A DNA stretch of 64,000 nucleotides, taken from assembly GCA_965243025.1 (NCBI GenBank), contig CBDETY010000003.1:5120001-5184000 (forward strand), given 5' to 3'. Made by a program: the position numbers and the translations under genes. Under the pieces are notes generated by a model. It saw only the letters and a list, made by a program, of their open reading frames with translations, was not told the DNA's origin and searched no databases. The DNA comes from Candidatus Latescibacterota bacterium (GTDB lineage Bacteria > Latescibacterota > UBA2968 > UBA8231). Positions within the stretch are counted from its first letter, which is position 1, and each line of letters opens with the position of its first letter. This document shows, one piece after another, positions 50,049 through 60,130 of this stretch.

Positions 50049-52154
50049 TCAGTAAGCCACGGCCACCGGGATGATGGACTGGAAGCGGCCTCTTCCGGTC
50101 TCGGCGGCGACTTCGCACAGATACACCCCCGGTGTGAGCGCCCTCCCCTCCTCGTCCCTTCCGTCCCATTCGAGCGCGTGCGTACCCGGGCCGGCGCTCG
50201 TGCCCATGATGCGGCTCACCGGGTTTCCGCCCAGGTCGTAGAAGGCGACCTCGACATCGGTTTCGAGCACGCCGAACAGGGCGAACCGGATCTCCATTGA
50301 ATCGTTGAAGCCGTCGCCGTTGGGGGTGAGCGTGCGCGGGCGGATGTCGACGACGGAGATCGTCCGCTCCACCTCGTTCCCCGAAGCGAGCACCTGCAGG
50401 CTGTTGCTGGCGATCTCCACGGTGGCGTCCCCCCCGATGACGGGCTGGCCGCGGCCGGGTCGGGTGCGGTTGAAGACCTCCCCCTCCAGCTCCTCGGCGA
50501 CGGTGTACAATGCGGTGCCGAACCCGATGCGGAGATCCTCGTCGGCCTCGATGCGCCGCGGCAGGTAGACGGTCAGGCCCCGCCCGTCGATGGCGACGCT
50601 GTCCGGCGCCACCTCGTCGAGGGGGGTACCGATGCACAGGCTCCGGAACGTCGGCGGCGAAGGGGTGCCGATGCGGACCGCGTCGAAGCCGCCGCCGACC
50701 TCCTCGAACTCGGCGCTGATGGCGTAGGACAGCTCGACCTCCTCTCCGAGAGGAACGTCGGAAGCCAGAGGGGACAGGCCGTCGCCGGCCTTCGCCACTT
50801 CCCCGACCACACGGTCGGCGAGCAAGGGGATGATCTCGATCGACAGCGAGTCCAGCCGCGCGAAGTCGTAGGGCTTCCCCGATCGCATTTCGATCTGCAC
50901 GGCGAACCAACGGCCGCTGGCGAGACCGGGGCGGGTGCCGGATTCGGCGAGAGGCCCGGACCAGGGGGACCAGTTTTCGAAATCGTCGGTAATCGGTCCC
51001 TGCGAGCCGACGAAAACGACCGCCCCGTGACTGGACTGCACCTGCAGCCGGTCGTACTCCTCGCGGTCGACGACCACCAGCTCGAGCTGGTCGTTCAGGG
51101 TGTGGTACTGCCGGTAATCGTCGGTCGTGCCTGTCTTGACGCGGACTCCGATGTCGGCGTCAGCGTCCGGGGTCTGCACCGGTTCCAGGTTCTCGTCGAG
51201 ACGCCACCTGCTGACGCCCGGCTCGATCTTTCCAAGGGTTGCCGGTCTCCCCAGGTCGATCGCTTTCGTCGTGTAGCGGGACAGGGCCGCGACGCCGCGC
51301 CCGTACACCTCGAACTCGGCGTAGGCGAGCTTGGCCACGAACGGCCAGCTGCCGACCCCCGCACTTGTAGCTACTCCGTCGGGAAAAGTCCGCCAGCGCA
51401 GGTAGCGCAGGTACCGGGTCGGGAAGGGGACCACGATCGGGGCGGTGACGTTTTCCGCAACTTGGCCGAGCAGGAACTCGAGCGGCCGGTAAGAGGTTGA
51501 GCAGATGTACTTGTTCTCGAGGTGGCAGTCGTTCTGCTGCCCCCGCAGTTCCAGGCGGATACGCTCCTCGTCGTCGGCCCCGGACAGCTCTCCGGACCTG
51601 GGGATGAAGTTGGAGAACGGTTCGCCGGAACGGTGGGTGACCGAGTCGGGGGGCGTCTGCACCTGGAAGCGCTCGAGGGGAACGAGGGTGCCCAGGTCGA
51701 AGGTCCAGAACTCGTGGTTCATCTTGTCGCCCGGGGACCCGAAGCCGAGCTGCCACCAGAAGGTGTTGCGGTCGCCGTCGATGTAGGTGAAGGCCTTCTC
51801 CGTGTACCACCCCCTTTGCTCGGTGCCGCGCCAGATCCTCGGCATGCCGTCGACGAAATACGGGTCGAAGGGGTTCTTGTAGTAATGCCAGGTCGCCACC
51901 TCGAAGAGCCGGGGAAGCAGGTTCTCGTCCGGTTTCAGGATGCGGGGCCGCAGCATCCCCGGATCGGTGAAATCGTCGGCCATGACGTTGAGGTCGACGT
52001 GGGCTCGCCAGTTCTCGCCGCCGGCCCCTCCGAAAACCCATCTCCCCTCATCCTGCGCCCAGGTTGAAGGCGCCAGTGCGAGGCCGGCAGAAAGCAGGCC
52101 CGCGGCACACCGGGTTTTCACGTCACGCGCAATGTCGGTCGAGCGGGTGTCCAT
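50049..52154 (-). CDS. Secreted protein with C-terminal FlgD-Ig / T9SS-CTD-like domain
   Basis: Signal-like TWA-Q; C-terminal LTPNGDGFND...YDLGG...WDGRDEEG...PGVY; start uncertain. Confidence 0.75.
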   Translation of the reverse strand: MDTRSTDIARDVKTRCAAGLLSAGLALAPSTWAQDEGRWVFGGAGGENWRAHVDLNVMADDFTDPGMLRPRILKPDENLLPRLFEVATWHYYKNPFDPYFVDGMPRIWRGTEQRGWYTEKAFTYIDGDRNTFWWQLGFGSPGDKMNHEFWTFDLGTLVPLERFQVQTPPDSVTHRSGEPFSNFIPRSGELSGADDEERIRLELRGQQNDCHLENKYICSTSYRPLEFLLGQVAENVTAPIVVPFPTRYLRYLRWRTFPDGVATSAGVGSWPFVAKLAYAEFEVYGRGVAALSRYTTKAIDLGRPATLGKIEPGVSRWRLDENLEPVQTPDADADIGVRVKTGTTDDYRQYHTLNDQLELVVVDREEYDRLQVQSSHGAVVFVGSQGPITDDFENWSPWSGPLAESGTRPGLASGRWFAVQIEMRSGKPYDFARLDSLSIEIIPLLADRVVGEVAKAGDGLSPLASDVPLGEEVELSYAISAEFEEVGGGFDAVRIGTPSPPTFRSLCIGTPLDEVAPDSVAIDGRGLTVYLPRRIEADEDLRIGFGTALYTVAEELEGEVFNRTRPGRGQPVIGGDATVEIASNSLQVLASGNEVERTISVVDIRPRTLTPNGDGFNDSMEIRFALFGVLETDVEVAFYDLGGNPVSRIMGTSAGPGTHALEWDGRDEEGRALTPGVYLCEVAAETGRGRFQSIIPVAVAY

Positions 52155-52322
52155 GTCGTAAATCTCCGGCTCGGGCGGAAAGACATGGTGCTGCGGTGAA
52201 GATACCAGATCCCGGCACTTGCCCAAGTCCCGGGAACGGCAGCTCCCCCGGCGGCAAGGGGGACGTGGACAGCCCGGGGGTGCCCGGCATAGGTTGGGCC
52301 TTGATTATCCGGGGGTAACGAC

Positions 52323-54359
52323 ATGAACGGACGGAGCAGGCCCGTATCCGGGCCGGAATTCGAGGTGAAGCTCGACCGCGCGCGCATGCCGATGAGCGAC
52401 GGAGTCGAGCTGGCGGCGGTGGTCGCGCGTCCCGATGCGCCCGGAGAGTTCCCGGCCATCGTGGAGTATCACCCCTACCGCCGGCTGAGCCGCATAGAAG
52501 CCGGCGATTCGGAGAGCGGCTACGACCACCGCCGTCACGGTCCCGCCTGGTTCGCCCGCCGCGGCTACGCCGTGGTCTGTTACGACGTCCGCGGCACCGG
52601 CAACTCGGGGGGCTCGAGCACCGACATCTACTCGGAGCGGGAACGGCGGGACGGGTACGAAGCGGTGGAATGGATTGCCGCCCGGCCCTGGTGCAGCGGC
52701 GCCGTGGGCATGTGGGGGATGTCGTACGGCGGCGTCGTGCAGTGGCAGGTGGCGGCGCAGAGGCCGCCTCACCTGAGGACCCTGGTGATGGGATCCTCCA
52801 ACACCGACGTCTACCTCGACTGGATCCACCCCGGCGGCTCGATCCGCCCCTACATGTTCGACAGCTACTCGCCGCTGATGACGGCCTACAACTTCGCTCC
52901 CCCCGACGCCGAGATCGCCGGGCCGCTGTGGGAGGAGCTGTGGCAGGAGCGCCTGGAGAACAACGTCCCCTGGGGAATAGGCTACATCACCCATCCGCTG
53001 CAGGGGCCCTATTGGGAGGAGCGTTCCCTGCAGCCGGACTACGGCCGCGTCGAGGTCCCGGTGCTGTTCTGGTGCGGCTGGGCCGATCCCTACCCCACCC
53101 CGATCCTGCGGGCCTTCTCCGAGCTCGACGTCCCCAAAAAGATCCTGTTGGGTCCGTGGGGCCACTACTGGCCCGAGGACGCGCTGCCCGGTCCCCGGAT
53201 AGACTTCAGGCACGAAATGCTCAAGTGGTACGACCGCTGGCTGAAGGGGGAGGAAACCGGGGTGATGGACGAGCCGCCGGTCTCCCTTTTCGTGCGTAAG
53301 TACAAGGAGCCGGCGGCGCACATGTACCTCGAGGACGCCGGGTTCTGGAGATCGGAGGAGGAGTGGCCGCCGGCGCGAAACCGGGAAACCCCCTTCTACT
53401 TGCAGCCTGGCGGAGAGCTTGGCCGCGAGGTGCCGGGCTGCGACAGTTCCGGCAGCGAGCACGTCTACAACCCGGCGGTCGGAATCACCGCCGGCATCTA
53501 CTGGGGCGGCGGGATCATGCCCTGGGCCATGCCGGTCGACCAGCGGCTCGACGAGGCCCTGTCGCTGACCTGGACCACTCCGCCGCTGGAGGAGGATCTC
53601 GAGGTCACCGGAAATCCGGTGGCGGTGCTGCACGTCAGCTCCAGCGCGGAGACCGCCTACTTCCACGTCAAGCTGACCGACGTAGCCCCGGACGGCACCT
53701 CGAAGTGGCTGACCGACGGGGGCCTGCTCGGGACCCACCGCAACTCGCATTCCAACCCCGAGCCCATGGAACCCGGGGAGGTCTACGAGCTGCGCATCGA
53801 CATGAAGTACGTCTCCTACCTGTTCGAGAAGGGCCACCGCATCCGCGTGAGCGTTGCCAGCGCGGATTTCCAGAACGCCTGGCCCACCCCGCTCCCGGCG
53901 GTCAACAGCGTGTACTGCGGCCGGGACTGCCCGTCCCGTGCAGTGCTGCCGCTGACCCCGGCGCGGACTCCGTCCCTGCCGGAGCCGCAGTTCGAGCCTT
54001 CGCCGCATTCCCCGGCGACGGTGGAGGACCTGCCTCCCAACCGGCACGAGATCACCCATGACCACGTCGCCGGCACCGTGACCGCCACCCTGGAAAGGGA
54101 CGGGACCGGACGCGCGGTCCCCGGGCGGGCGTGGTCGACGTACACGGTGGCGCCGAACAATCCGGCGGAAACCGTGCTGAAGGCCGGGTATGTGTACGGG
54201 CCGCCGCACCCGGACAAGAGGATCGTCGTCGAGGCGAAGGAGGTCCTGAGAAGCGACGCGGAGTCCTACCATTTCTCGACCACGGTGGAAGTGGCAGTCG
54301 ACGACGACCGCTGTTTCGACAAGACCTGGAACGTCACCGTGCCCCGGGAGCTGGGCTGA
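52323..54359 (+). CDS. CocE/NonD family hydrolase
   Basis: DVRGTGNSGG, GMSYGG nucleophile, GWAD and GPWGH. Confidence 0.92.
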   Translation: MNGRSRPVSGPEFEVKLDRARMPMSDGVELAAVVARPDAPGEFPAIVEYHPYRRLSRIEAGDSESGYDHRRHGPAWFARRGYAVVCYDVRGTGNSGGSSTDIYSERERRDGYEAVEWIAARPWCSGAVGMWGMSYGGVVQWQVAAQRPPHLRTLVMGSSNTDVYLDWIHPGGSIRPYMFDSYSPLMTAYNFAPPDAEIAGPLWEELWQERLENNVPWGIGYITHPLQGPYWEERSLQPDYGRVEVPVLFWCGWADPYPTPILRAFSELDVPKKILLGPWGHYWPEDALPGPRIDFRHEMLKWYDRWLKGEETGVMDEPPVSLFVRKYKEPAAHMYLEDAGFWRSEEEWPPARNRETPFYLQPGGELGREVPGCDSSGSEHVYNPAVGITAGIYWGGGIMPWAMPVDQRLDEALSLTWTTPPLEEDLEVTGNPVAVLHVSSSAETAYFHVKLTDVAPDGTSKWLTDGGLLGTHRNSHSNPEPMEPGEVYELRIDMKYVSYLFEKGHRIRVSVASADFQNAWPTPLPAVNSVYCGRDCPSRAVLPLTPARTPSLPEPQFEPSPHSPATVEDLPPNRHEITHDHVAGTVTATLERDGTGRAVPGRAWSTYTVAPNNPAETVLKAGYVYGPPHPDKRIVVEAKEVLRSDAESYHFSTTVEVAVDDDRCFDKTWNVTVPRELG

Positions 54360-54499
54360 GGGGCAGCATGCCCCAGGTTCCTCGGTACCCCGCCAGACAT
54401 GCAGACGCGCGATGCCTCTGCGCGAGGCGGGGCACCGGTGGCATTGCTCGCATAGCGACCCGGGAGAGGACGCGCCTGTTGCTCGGCCGCTCCTGCCGC

Positions 54500-55492
54500 C
54501 TATGCGACTGTTCGACATCGCAGGCGCCGGTCGTCCACGTCCCCCGCCGCCTCAACCATCACCTCGAGCGCCTCCCGGGAGCTCGCCTCGTTTGCATCGG
54601 GCTTCTGTTTCAGTCCCCACGACGAACCCATGACCCTGTCGCAGAAGGCGCCCGCGAAAATCCGCTCCTCGTTTTCCCCCAGCAGATCGCTGAAAACCGT
54701 TACGGCTTCGAGCAGAATCTCCCGCTTTTCCGCAGCGGTATCTCCGAACCCCATCGCGTTGTTGATGAACCGGCCGGCGTCCAGGCAGGCGGCGCCGACG
54801 ACGCCCTTGGGATCGATCGCCTTCCAGCCCCGGGCGGCGTCGGACAGGATGTTCCAGTGATGGAGGTCTCCGTGCAGCAGCATCTGAGGTTCATCCCGTT
54901 CCATCAGGATGCCCATCATGGACTCTACGCGCGGAATCTGCTCCATACAGCTGCGTGCTCTTTCGGCATCCTCGCAGCTTCGGGCGTCCGCGAAAGCGCT
55001 TCGCATCCAGTCCATGAAGTGAGGCAGTGCGTGGTTCGCCGGCAGGGGGGTGGCGTGCAGGTCCTGAAGGATTCGCGCGGCGATCTCGATTCGCTCACGG
55101 CTGTTCCCGACAGAGTCGAGCGTTCTGCCGGGGCGCAGCCGTTCGAGCAGCATGGCGTTGAGCTCTTTGTCGCTGTCGATGAGCCGGTTGATTCCGCGGC
55201 CCTGATAAATCGCCAGCGCTTCCATCTCCGCGCTGAAATCGCCGTGCGGGACCCCCACCTTGAGCACGGCTTCTTCTCCACTGTCCCTCTCGACGCAGGC
55301 GATATAGTTGGCCTTGATGTCTCCGGCCGGCTGGCCGAGTGTCAGGCCCCACTTGTCGCGGCACCGCCTGAGAATGGACGGGAGTTCCTCGAGCCAGGTC
55401 TCCCCTTTACTGCCGAATTCCCCGGTGGCGTAACGCAGGAATCGCTCGGGAAATGGCGGTGAGTGGATGGAATCAGGGATTTTCCTGCTCAA
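54500..55492 (-). CDS. Aminoglycoside/hydroxyurea resistance kinase family (APH(6)-like)
   Basis: AVLKVG, LLERLRPG, LLHGDLHHWNIL and AIDPKG. Confidence 0.85.
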   Translation of the reverse strand: MSRKIPDSIHSPPFPERFLRYATGEFGSKGETWLEELPSILRRCRDKWGLTLGQPAGDIKANYIACVERDSGEEAVLKVGVPHGDFSAEMEALAIYQGRGINRLIDSDKELNAMLLERLRPGRTLDSVGNSRERIEIAARILQDLHATPLPANHALPHFMDWMRSAFADARSCEDAERARSCMEQIPRVESMMGILMERDEPQMLLHGDLHHWNILSDAARGWKAIDPKGVVGAACLDAGRFINNAMGFGDTAAEKREILLEAVTVFSDLLGENEERIFAGAFCDRVMGSSWGLKQKPDANEASSREALEVMVEAAGDVDDRRLRCRTVA

Positions 55493-55683
55493 GGGGGTTA
55501 TCCGCTTGCCTGCAAATCAAATCGGGAACTTTCTTGCCTCGAAAACGTAAACTGGACCAGCTCGATGTGGACACCCCGGCTGCCCGGTTTTTGTGGGGTG
55601 TGGATTACCGCCGCGGGCAGCGGTTGAATTGCGAATGGATGTCAATTACGGCTTTGCGGGAAGGAGGAATCAGAAAAGCTCCG

Positions 55684-56586
55684 ATGAACAGAATCCTGAT
55701 CATCATGGCCATGGTGGCCATGGCAGAAGCGCACACCGGAACCCGCCTCTACCCCTTCTACCAGTTGACGGATGAGATGCTGGAGGAGATCGACCTGCAC
55801 GATGGGTCGATAGACGAATGGTACGAGGTTGGCGAACCGAGCATGGCCTTACTGGACTTCGAAGCCTGGGGAGGAGGCCTCCCCCACGATCCCTCCAACC
55901 TCGACTTCCGCGTCTGGCTTGCCTGGCACGACGAACCAGACCGGGTTTATGCAGCTTTCATCATCGCCGACGACATTTTCCGAAACCACAACTATACCGA
56001 AGGTTCCTGGCTGTTTGCTTATGACAGCATTGTTTTCCAGATCGACGCCGATCACCGGGGAGGACAGGGAGAAGGCCAGTGGTACTCTCCTACCAGGGAG
56101 CAGTTGATGGAAGTGCACGGGGACGCACAGAGGTACTCGGCGGTGGCTCGAACAGCAAGCGGGCCAGTCCTGGACGACGGGACCTGGTGGGAATATGGGG
56201 GAGAAGTACCAAAGTCCTGGAGGGTTTACCCTCCTTACGGAGATGCAGGAGGGATGGCGGCAGGAGAGAATCCCACCATAAGCGTAATCGAGCTGTATGT
56301 CACGCCGTATGACGAGTGGGGAGACGATGTGGAGGAAACCAGATTCAGCGACCTGTCTGCACACCAGGTTGTCGGTTTTTCTGTTGAAGTAATTGAGCAG
56401 GAAGAGGACCCATCTGAATGTGGATGCAGTGGGTTTTCCTGGTATCCGGCAGAAATGGAAGGCCAGGCCTGGCTCGATCTTTTGGACAGTAAGGCGGATC
56501 TCTATGTCGATGGGCTGTTACTTTCCGCTCCGGATACAGCCGTAGAATCCGTAACCTGGGGAAGGATCAAGGCGTCCCTGGAGTAG
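55684..56586 (+). CDS. Secreted CBM9/DOMON-like protein with TWGRIKASL tail (P7)
   Basis: Short signal peptide AEA-HTG; IDLHDGSIDEW, DFRVWLAWHD, IDADH and ELYVTPYD. Confidence 0.8.
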   Translation: MNRILIIMAMVAMAEAHTGTRLYPFYQLTDEMLEEIDLHDGSIDEWYEVGEPSMALLDFEAWGGGLPHDPSNLDFRVWLAWHDEPDRVYAAFIIADDIFRNHNYTEGSWLFAYDSIVFQIDADHRGGQGEGQWYSPTREQLMEVHGDAQRYSAVARTASGPVLDDGTWWEYGGEVPKSWRVYPPYGDAGGMAAGENPTISVIELYVTPYDEWGDDVEETRFSDLSAHQVVGFSVEVIEQEEDPSECGCSGFSWYPAEMEGQAWLDLLDSKADLYVDGLLLSAPDTAVESVTWGRIKASLE

Positions 56587-56650
56587 ATGGGCTCCTGCAA
56601 GTTCCGAGGCCGGCAAAAAACAACCGCGCTGCCCACGAAACTGAAATAGC

Positions 56651-57784
56651 ATGTTCGTCCTGATTTTCCTGGCGCTGCTCGGCTCGATCTACGGGTATGC
56701 GGGCTGGCGGCTCATCCCCTATCTCCCTCCCTCCTCGCATATCGGTGCCTCACTGGCTCTGGTATTTCTGCTGTTTGCCCCGTTGTTGCTCTTTCGCCTG
56801 CGGTCCCGTCCGCACCTGGCCTGGCTGACGGACCCCCTCGCCTGGGTGGCCTACCTCGGCATGGGCTTCTTCACCGTCTGCTCGACCCTGCTGGTACTGC
56901 GCGATGCCGGGGGCCTGCTCCTGGGACTGGCCTACCCTGTCGACGCCGCGCTCAACGCCGGGATCGACGCGGCGACCTTCCTCCTGGCGGCCGCCGCAGG
57001 AGGTTATGGCTTCTACCAGGCCCGCCGTACGCCAGCAGTAAGCCGGGTCGAAATCCCTGTTGAAAATCTCCCCGATGCGCTGGTCGGGCTGCGCATCGTC
57101 CAGATCAGCGACCTCCACGTCGGCCCGACCATCAAGGGCCCCTTCGTGGAGCGCGTTGTCGCCCGGGTCAACGAGCTGCACCCAGACCTGATCGCGTTCA
57201 CCGGGGACCTCGCCGACGGGACTGTCGAACGGCTCGGCCCCCATACGGCGGCTCTGGGCGAGCTCACCGCTCCGCTCGGGGTGTATTTCTGCACGGGCAA
57301 CCACGAGTACTATTCGGGCGTGGAGAGCTGGGCCGGGGAGGCGCGCCGCCTCGGCTTCGACGTCCTGATCAACGAGGGGCGCCAGATCGACTTCGGCGGC
57401 GGGCGCATCGCCCTGGCGGGAACGACCGACTTCAGCGCCGGCGAGATGGTCCCCGGCCATGAATCCGACCCGGCCAGGGCACTGGCTGCCAGCGACGGCG
57501 CCGATGTGCGCATCCTGCTCGCGCACCAGCCGCGCAGCATAGAGGCGGCCAGCCGCGCCGGTTGCCACCTGCAGCTGTCGGGCCACACCCACGGCGGCCA
57601 GTTCGTTCCGTGGAAGTACGCCATTCCCCTGCAACAGCCCTTCGTCGCCGGCCTGCACAAGGTTCGCGACACCTGGATCTACGTGCACCGGGGCACCGGC
57701 TACTGGGGTCCCCCGCTGCGGCTAGGTGTCCCTTCCGAAATCGCGCTGCTCACCCTGACCCGGGAGAGCCGTACGGCAGACTGA
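56651..57784 (+). CDS. Membrane-anchored metallophosphoesterase (YkuE/YaeI-like)
   Basis: SDLHVG, TGDLADG, GNHEYY and SGHTHGGQ. Confidence 0.92.
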   Translation: MFVLIFLALLGSIYGYAGWRLIPYLPPSSHIGASLALVFLLFAPLLLFRLRSRPHLAWLTDPLAWVAYLGMGFFTVCSTLLVLRDAGGLLLGLAYPVDAALNAGIDAATFLLAAAAGGYGFYQARRTPAVSRVEIPVENLPDALVGLRIVQISDLHVGPTIKGPFVERVVARVNELHPDLIAFTGDLADGTVERLGPHTAALGELTAPLGVYFCTGNHEYYSGVESWAGEARRLGFDVLINEGRQIDFGGGRIALAGTTDFSAGEMVPGHESDPARALAASDGADVRILLAHQPRSIEAASRAGCHLQLSGHTHGGQFVPWKYAIPLQQPFVAGLHKVRDTWIYVHRGTGYWGPPLRLGVPSEIALLTLTRESRTAD

Positions 57785-57927
57785 ATTGACGCGGGGGACG
57801 GCGAGTTGGGTAGCGGGTCTTCCCGGTGCTGGTTGCCTGTGAAAACAAGGACGTGCGGGGAATCCGGCGAAAGCAGCGGCAGCCAGATGTCGCGCCAGGG
57901 CCGGGGCCTGGGCAGTTTCCCAAACAG

Positions 57928-58728
57928 CTAGCTGAGCCGCACCACGTCCTGTTTGACGATCTCCTTGACGTGGGTGTAGTGGGCATGTGCGATCAGTTCC
58001 CTGACCTCTGGGGAGAGGCGTTGCTGGATTTCATCGGGAATTGAAGGCTGCCCCTTGTACTGCGGCCGGTAGCGCAATACCAGGGTGCGGCGCTGGCGGT
58101 CCCGGGGCTTCCACTGCAAGGTCCCGTGGGCCAGCATTTCCGTCATAACCACCGCGTCCCCGGCCCGCGGGGTCACGTTGACCACACCGGGCGGCAGCTC
58201 CTCCCGATCTGCCATGACCCCTCCGTTGAACAGGTCGGGCGGCCGTTGGAAAGCCGCCTTGTGGGAACCGGGCACCACCAGCAGGCCCCCGTCGCCGGGG
58301 AAGACGTCGTCGAAACAGGGGAAGATGACGAAGTCGTCGCAGAAGATCCGCCCTTCCCGGGTGTCGTAGCGCGTGCTTTGCCAGCCGAAATCCTCGCGGG
58401 CGCAGTGCAGGCGCAAGGGCTTCTGCCGGTGGCTGTCCACCAGCAGCGTCCCCATGGAAAATGCCGGGCGGTCGTGAGTAAATTCCCTGACGATGGGCCA
58501 CAGGCCCGGATGCACGGTCAGGGCTTCGAGGGCCTTGTCGAAGGCAAAGCCGTGGGCGTAGGACTTGCCGTTTTCCGAACGCGAAAAGCCCGGCGGCAGC
58601 TTCTCGTCGGGCGTGGCCACATAGCGGTCCACTGCCGCCCGGGCCGCGGCCAGTTCGCCGGCGCTGAGGACGTCGGGCAGATGCAGATAACCGTTGATAT
58701 CGAACAGATAGCGCTGCTCGGGGGTCAT
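57928..58728 (-). CDS. Phytanoyl-CoA dioxygenase (PhyH) family protein
   Basis: QRYLFDINGYL, VVPGSHKA and AGDAVVMTEMLAHG. Confidence 0.85.
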   Translation of the reverse strand: MTPEQRYLFDINGYLHLPDVLSAGELAAARAAVDRYVATPDEKLPPGFSRSENGKSYAHGFAFDKALEALTVHPGLWPIVREFTHDRPAFSMGTLLVDSHRQKPLRLHCAREDFGWQSTRYDTREGRIFCDDFVIFPCFDDVFPGDGGLLVVPGSHKAAFQRPPDLFNGGVMADREELPPGVVNVTPRAGDAVVMTEMLAHGTLQWKPRDRQRRTLVLRYRPQYKGQPSIPDEIQQRLSPEVRELIAHAHYTHVKEIVKQDVVRLS

Positions 58729-58744
58729 GGACCGGGCCTGGATT

Positions 58745-59542
58745 TCACGGGGAAACCTTCTGCTTCCCGGCAAGGCTTTCGTACGGGCCGCTAATTCCCT
58801 GGTCCCCGGAGACGCCTGTTTCTCCCGTCCAGTGGCGCAGGGCGGCGCCCAGCCCAACCCGGTGCACGGCCGCCCGTTTCTCCAGCGGCCATTCCGTCGG
58901 CGTTTCGAAGATACAGGCGCGGGGGGCGTGCCGGTTCAGCACATGGGGCGCAAACCCCACCAGTCCCCAGGACGGGGAGATCTCGTACACCCCCGGGGAA
59001 ACCGGCTCGCTGTCCTCGCCGCTGTCCGGATCGATGGAAGCCTGCTCCGCCACTTCGGCAATGACCGCTTGCCCGACGGCCGGGCCCTGGCGCAGGCCCT
59101 CGTACATGTAAAAGCCGTCCGCCTCCCAGTCTTCGTGGCAATCGACGAAAGCGTCCAGCCGACACCCCTCCAGCACCTTTTTGACAAGCTCCACCTCGGG
59201 CACGCCGCCGCTCTCGAACGAGCGGTTGATATCCGCCCCGGCCCCGTTTTCGCGGGTGCCGCGCACGTACCCCACGGGGTTGACGCAGGGCAGAGCGGTG
59301 AACTCCACCTGTGCGAGCCAGGGTTCCGCGTCCTCTTCGAAAAAGCGCAGGACCGCCTCCACTGCGGCCGGCTCGTCGCCGTGAACACCGCCGGTCAGCA
59401 GGACCCGCAGCCGCCGGGGCAGGCCCGCACGGATGCAGAAAACCGGGTGGCCCTCGACCACCCCGATGGTCTCCACCTTCCGGCCCTGGTCCGCCAGAGC
59501 TTCCACCCGCCGCGCGACAGGACCGTAGGACCGCTCCGGCAT
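58745..59542 (-). CDS. M14 family metallocarboxypeptidase / succinylglutamate desuccinylase-like
   Basis: GVHGDEPA, NPVG...TREN...DINRSF, DCHED and FETP. Confidence 0.85.
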   Translation of the reverse strand: MPERSYGPVARRVEALADQGRKVETIGVVEGHPVFCIRAGLPRRLRVLLTGGVHGDEPAAVEAVLRFFEEDAEPWLAQVEFTALPCVNPVGYVRGTRENGAGADINRSFESGGVPEVELVKKVLEGCRLDAFVDCHEDWEADGFYMYEGLRQGPAVGQAVIAEVAEQASIDPDSGEDSEPVSPGVYEISPSWGLVGFAPHVLNRHAPRACIFETPTEWPLEKRAAVHRVGLGAALRHWTGETGVSGDQGISGPYESLAGKQKVSP

Positions 59543-59671
59543 TTACCGCTCTTCTTTCTTCGCCGCCTGGGCAATGGCCGTCGGGTCGACGGAAACGGGA
59601 AGGGGCAGGCGGCGCATCTCCTTGCTGAAGCGCGCCTCGGTGATCAGGGCCACCCTGTCTCGCAGACGCAT
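59543..59671 (-). pseudogene. Short-chain dehydrogenase remnant (42 aa) with internal deletion
   Basis: MRLRDRVALIT (SDR start, cut before TGxxxGxG) joined to RLPLPVSVDPTAIAQAA (resembles the SDR C-terminal PxxIAxA region). Confidence 0.5.
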
Positions 59672-59681
59672 GGAATGGCTT

Positions 59682-60005
59682 CTATTCGTCGGCCTTGAAG
59701 TCACCGAAGGAAAAGGCCATTTCCATCTCTTCGACGATGGTCTTGCCGTCCTCCCCGGTGACCATCATCGTCGCCATGTAATCCAGCCATTCCTGGGCCC
59801 TGCCCCCGGCGTGACTCTGTTCGAAATGCTCCTGTGACGGGGCGGTGGCATAGAGGAAGAGGCGGTCTCCGTACCGGTAGATCACCATGTTCACTCCCAC
59901 GGCCGCCATCGCCTCTGCCAGCTCGGGCCAGAGTTCATCGTGGGCTTTCTTGTACTGGTCGTAAAAGCCGGGTTTCAGCTGGTAGGTCTGTCCTGTCGAA
60001 TACAT
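59682..60005 (-). CDS. L-rhamnose mutarotase family protein
   Basis: LKPG...YKKAHDELWPEL and W..YM; AAGGAG RBS. Confidence 0.85.
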   Translation of the reverse strand: MYSTGQTYQLKPGFYDQYKKAHDELWPELAEAMAAVGVNMVIYRYGDRLFLYATAPSQEHFEQSHAGGRAQEWLDYMATMMVTGEDGKTIVEEMEMAFSFGDFKADE

Positions 60006-60051
60006 TCTCTGCTCCTTGCGATTCGGGTCCTGAAGGACCGGTTAACTGCGT

Positions 60052-60130
60052 TGGGTTGTGGGGCGCCGGACCATACTGCTCCTGCGGGCTGGATGCCGGC
60101 GCTCGGGACGACTGCGCCCCACAAGACCCA
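60052..60130. repeat. Intergenic inverted repeat (REP-like stem-loop)
   Basis: TTGTGGGGCGC ... GCGCCCCACAA arms, extended by TGGG/CCCA. Confidence 0.55.

Noticed and set aside
54500-55492. Bona fide streptomycin resistance gene
   Set aside because: Only family-level APH(6)-like motifs; substrate cannot be inferred from sequence
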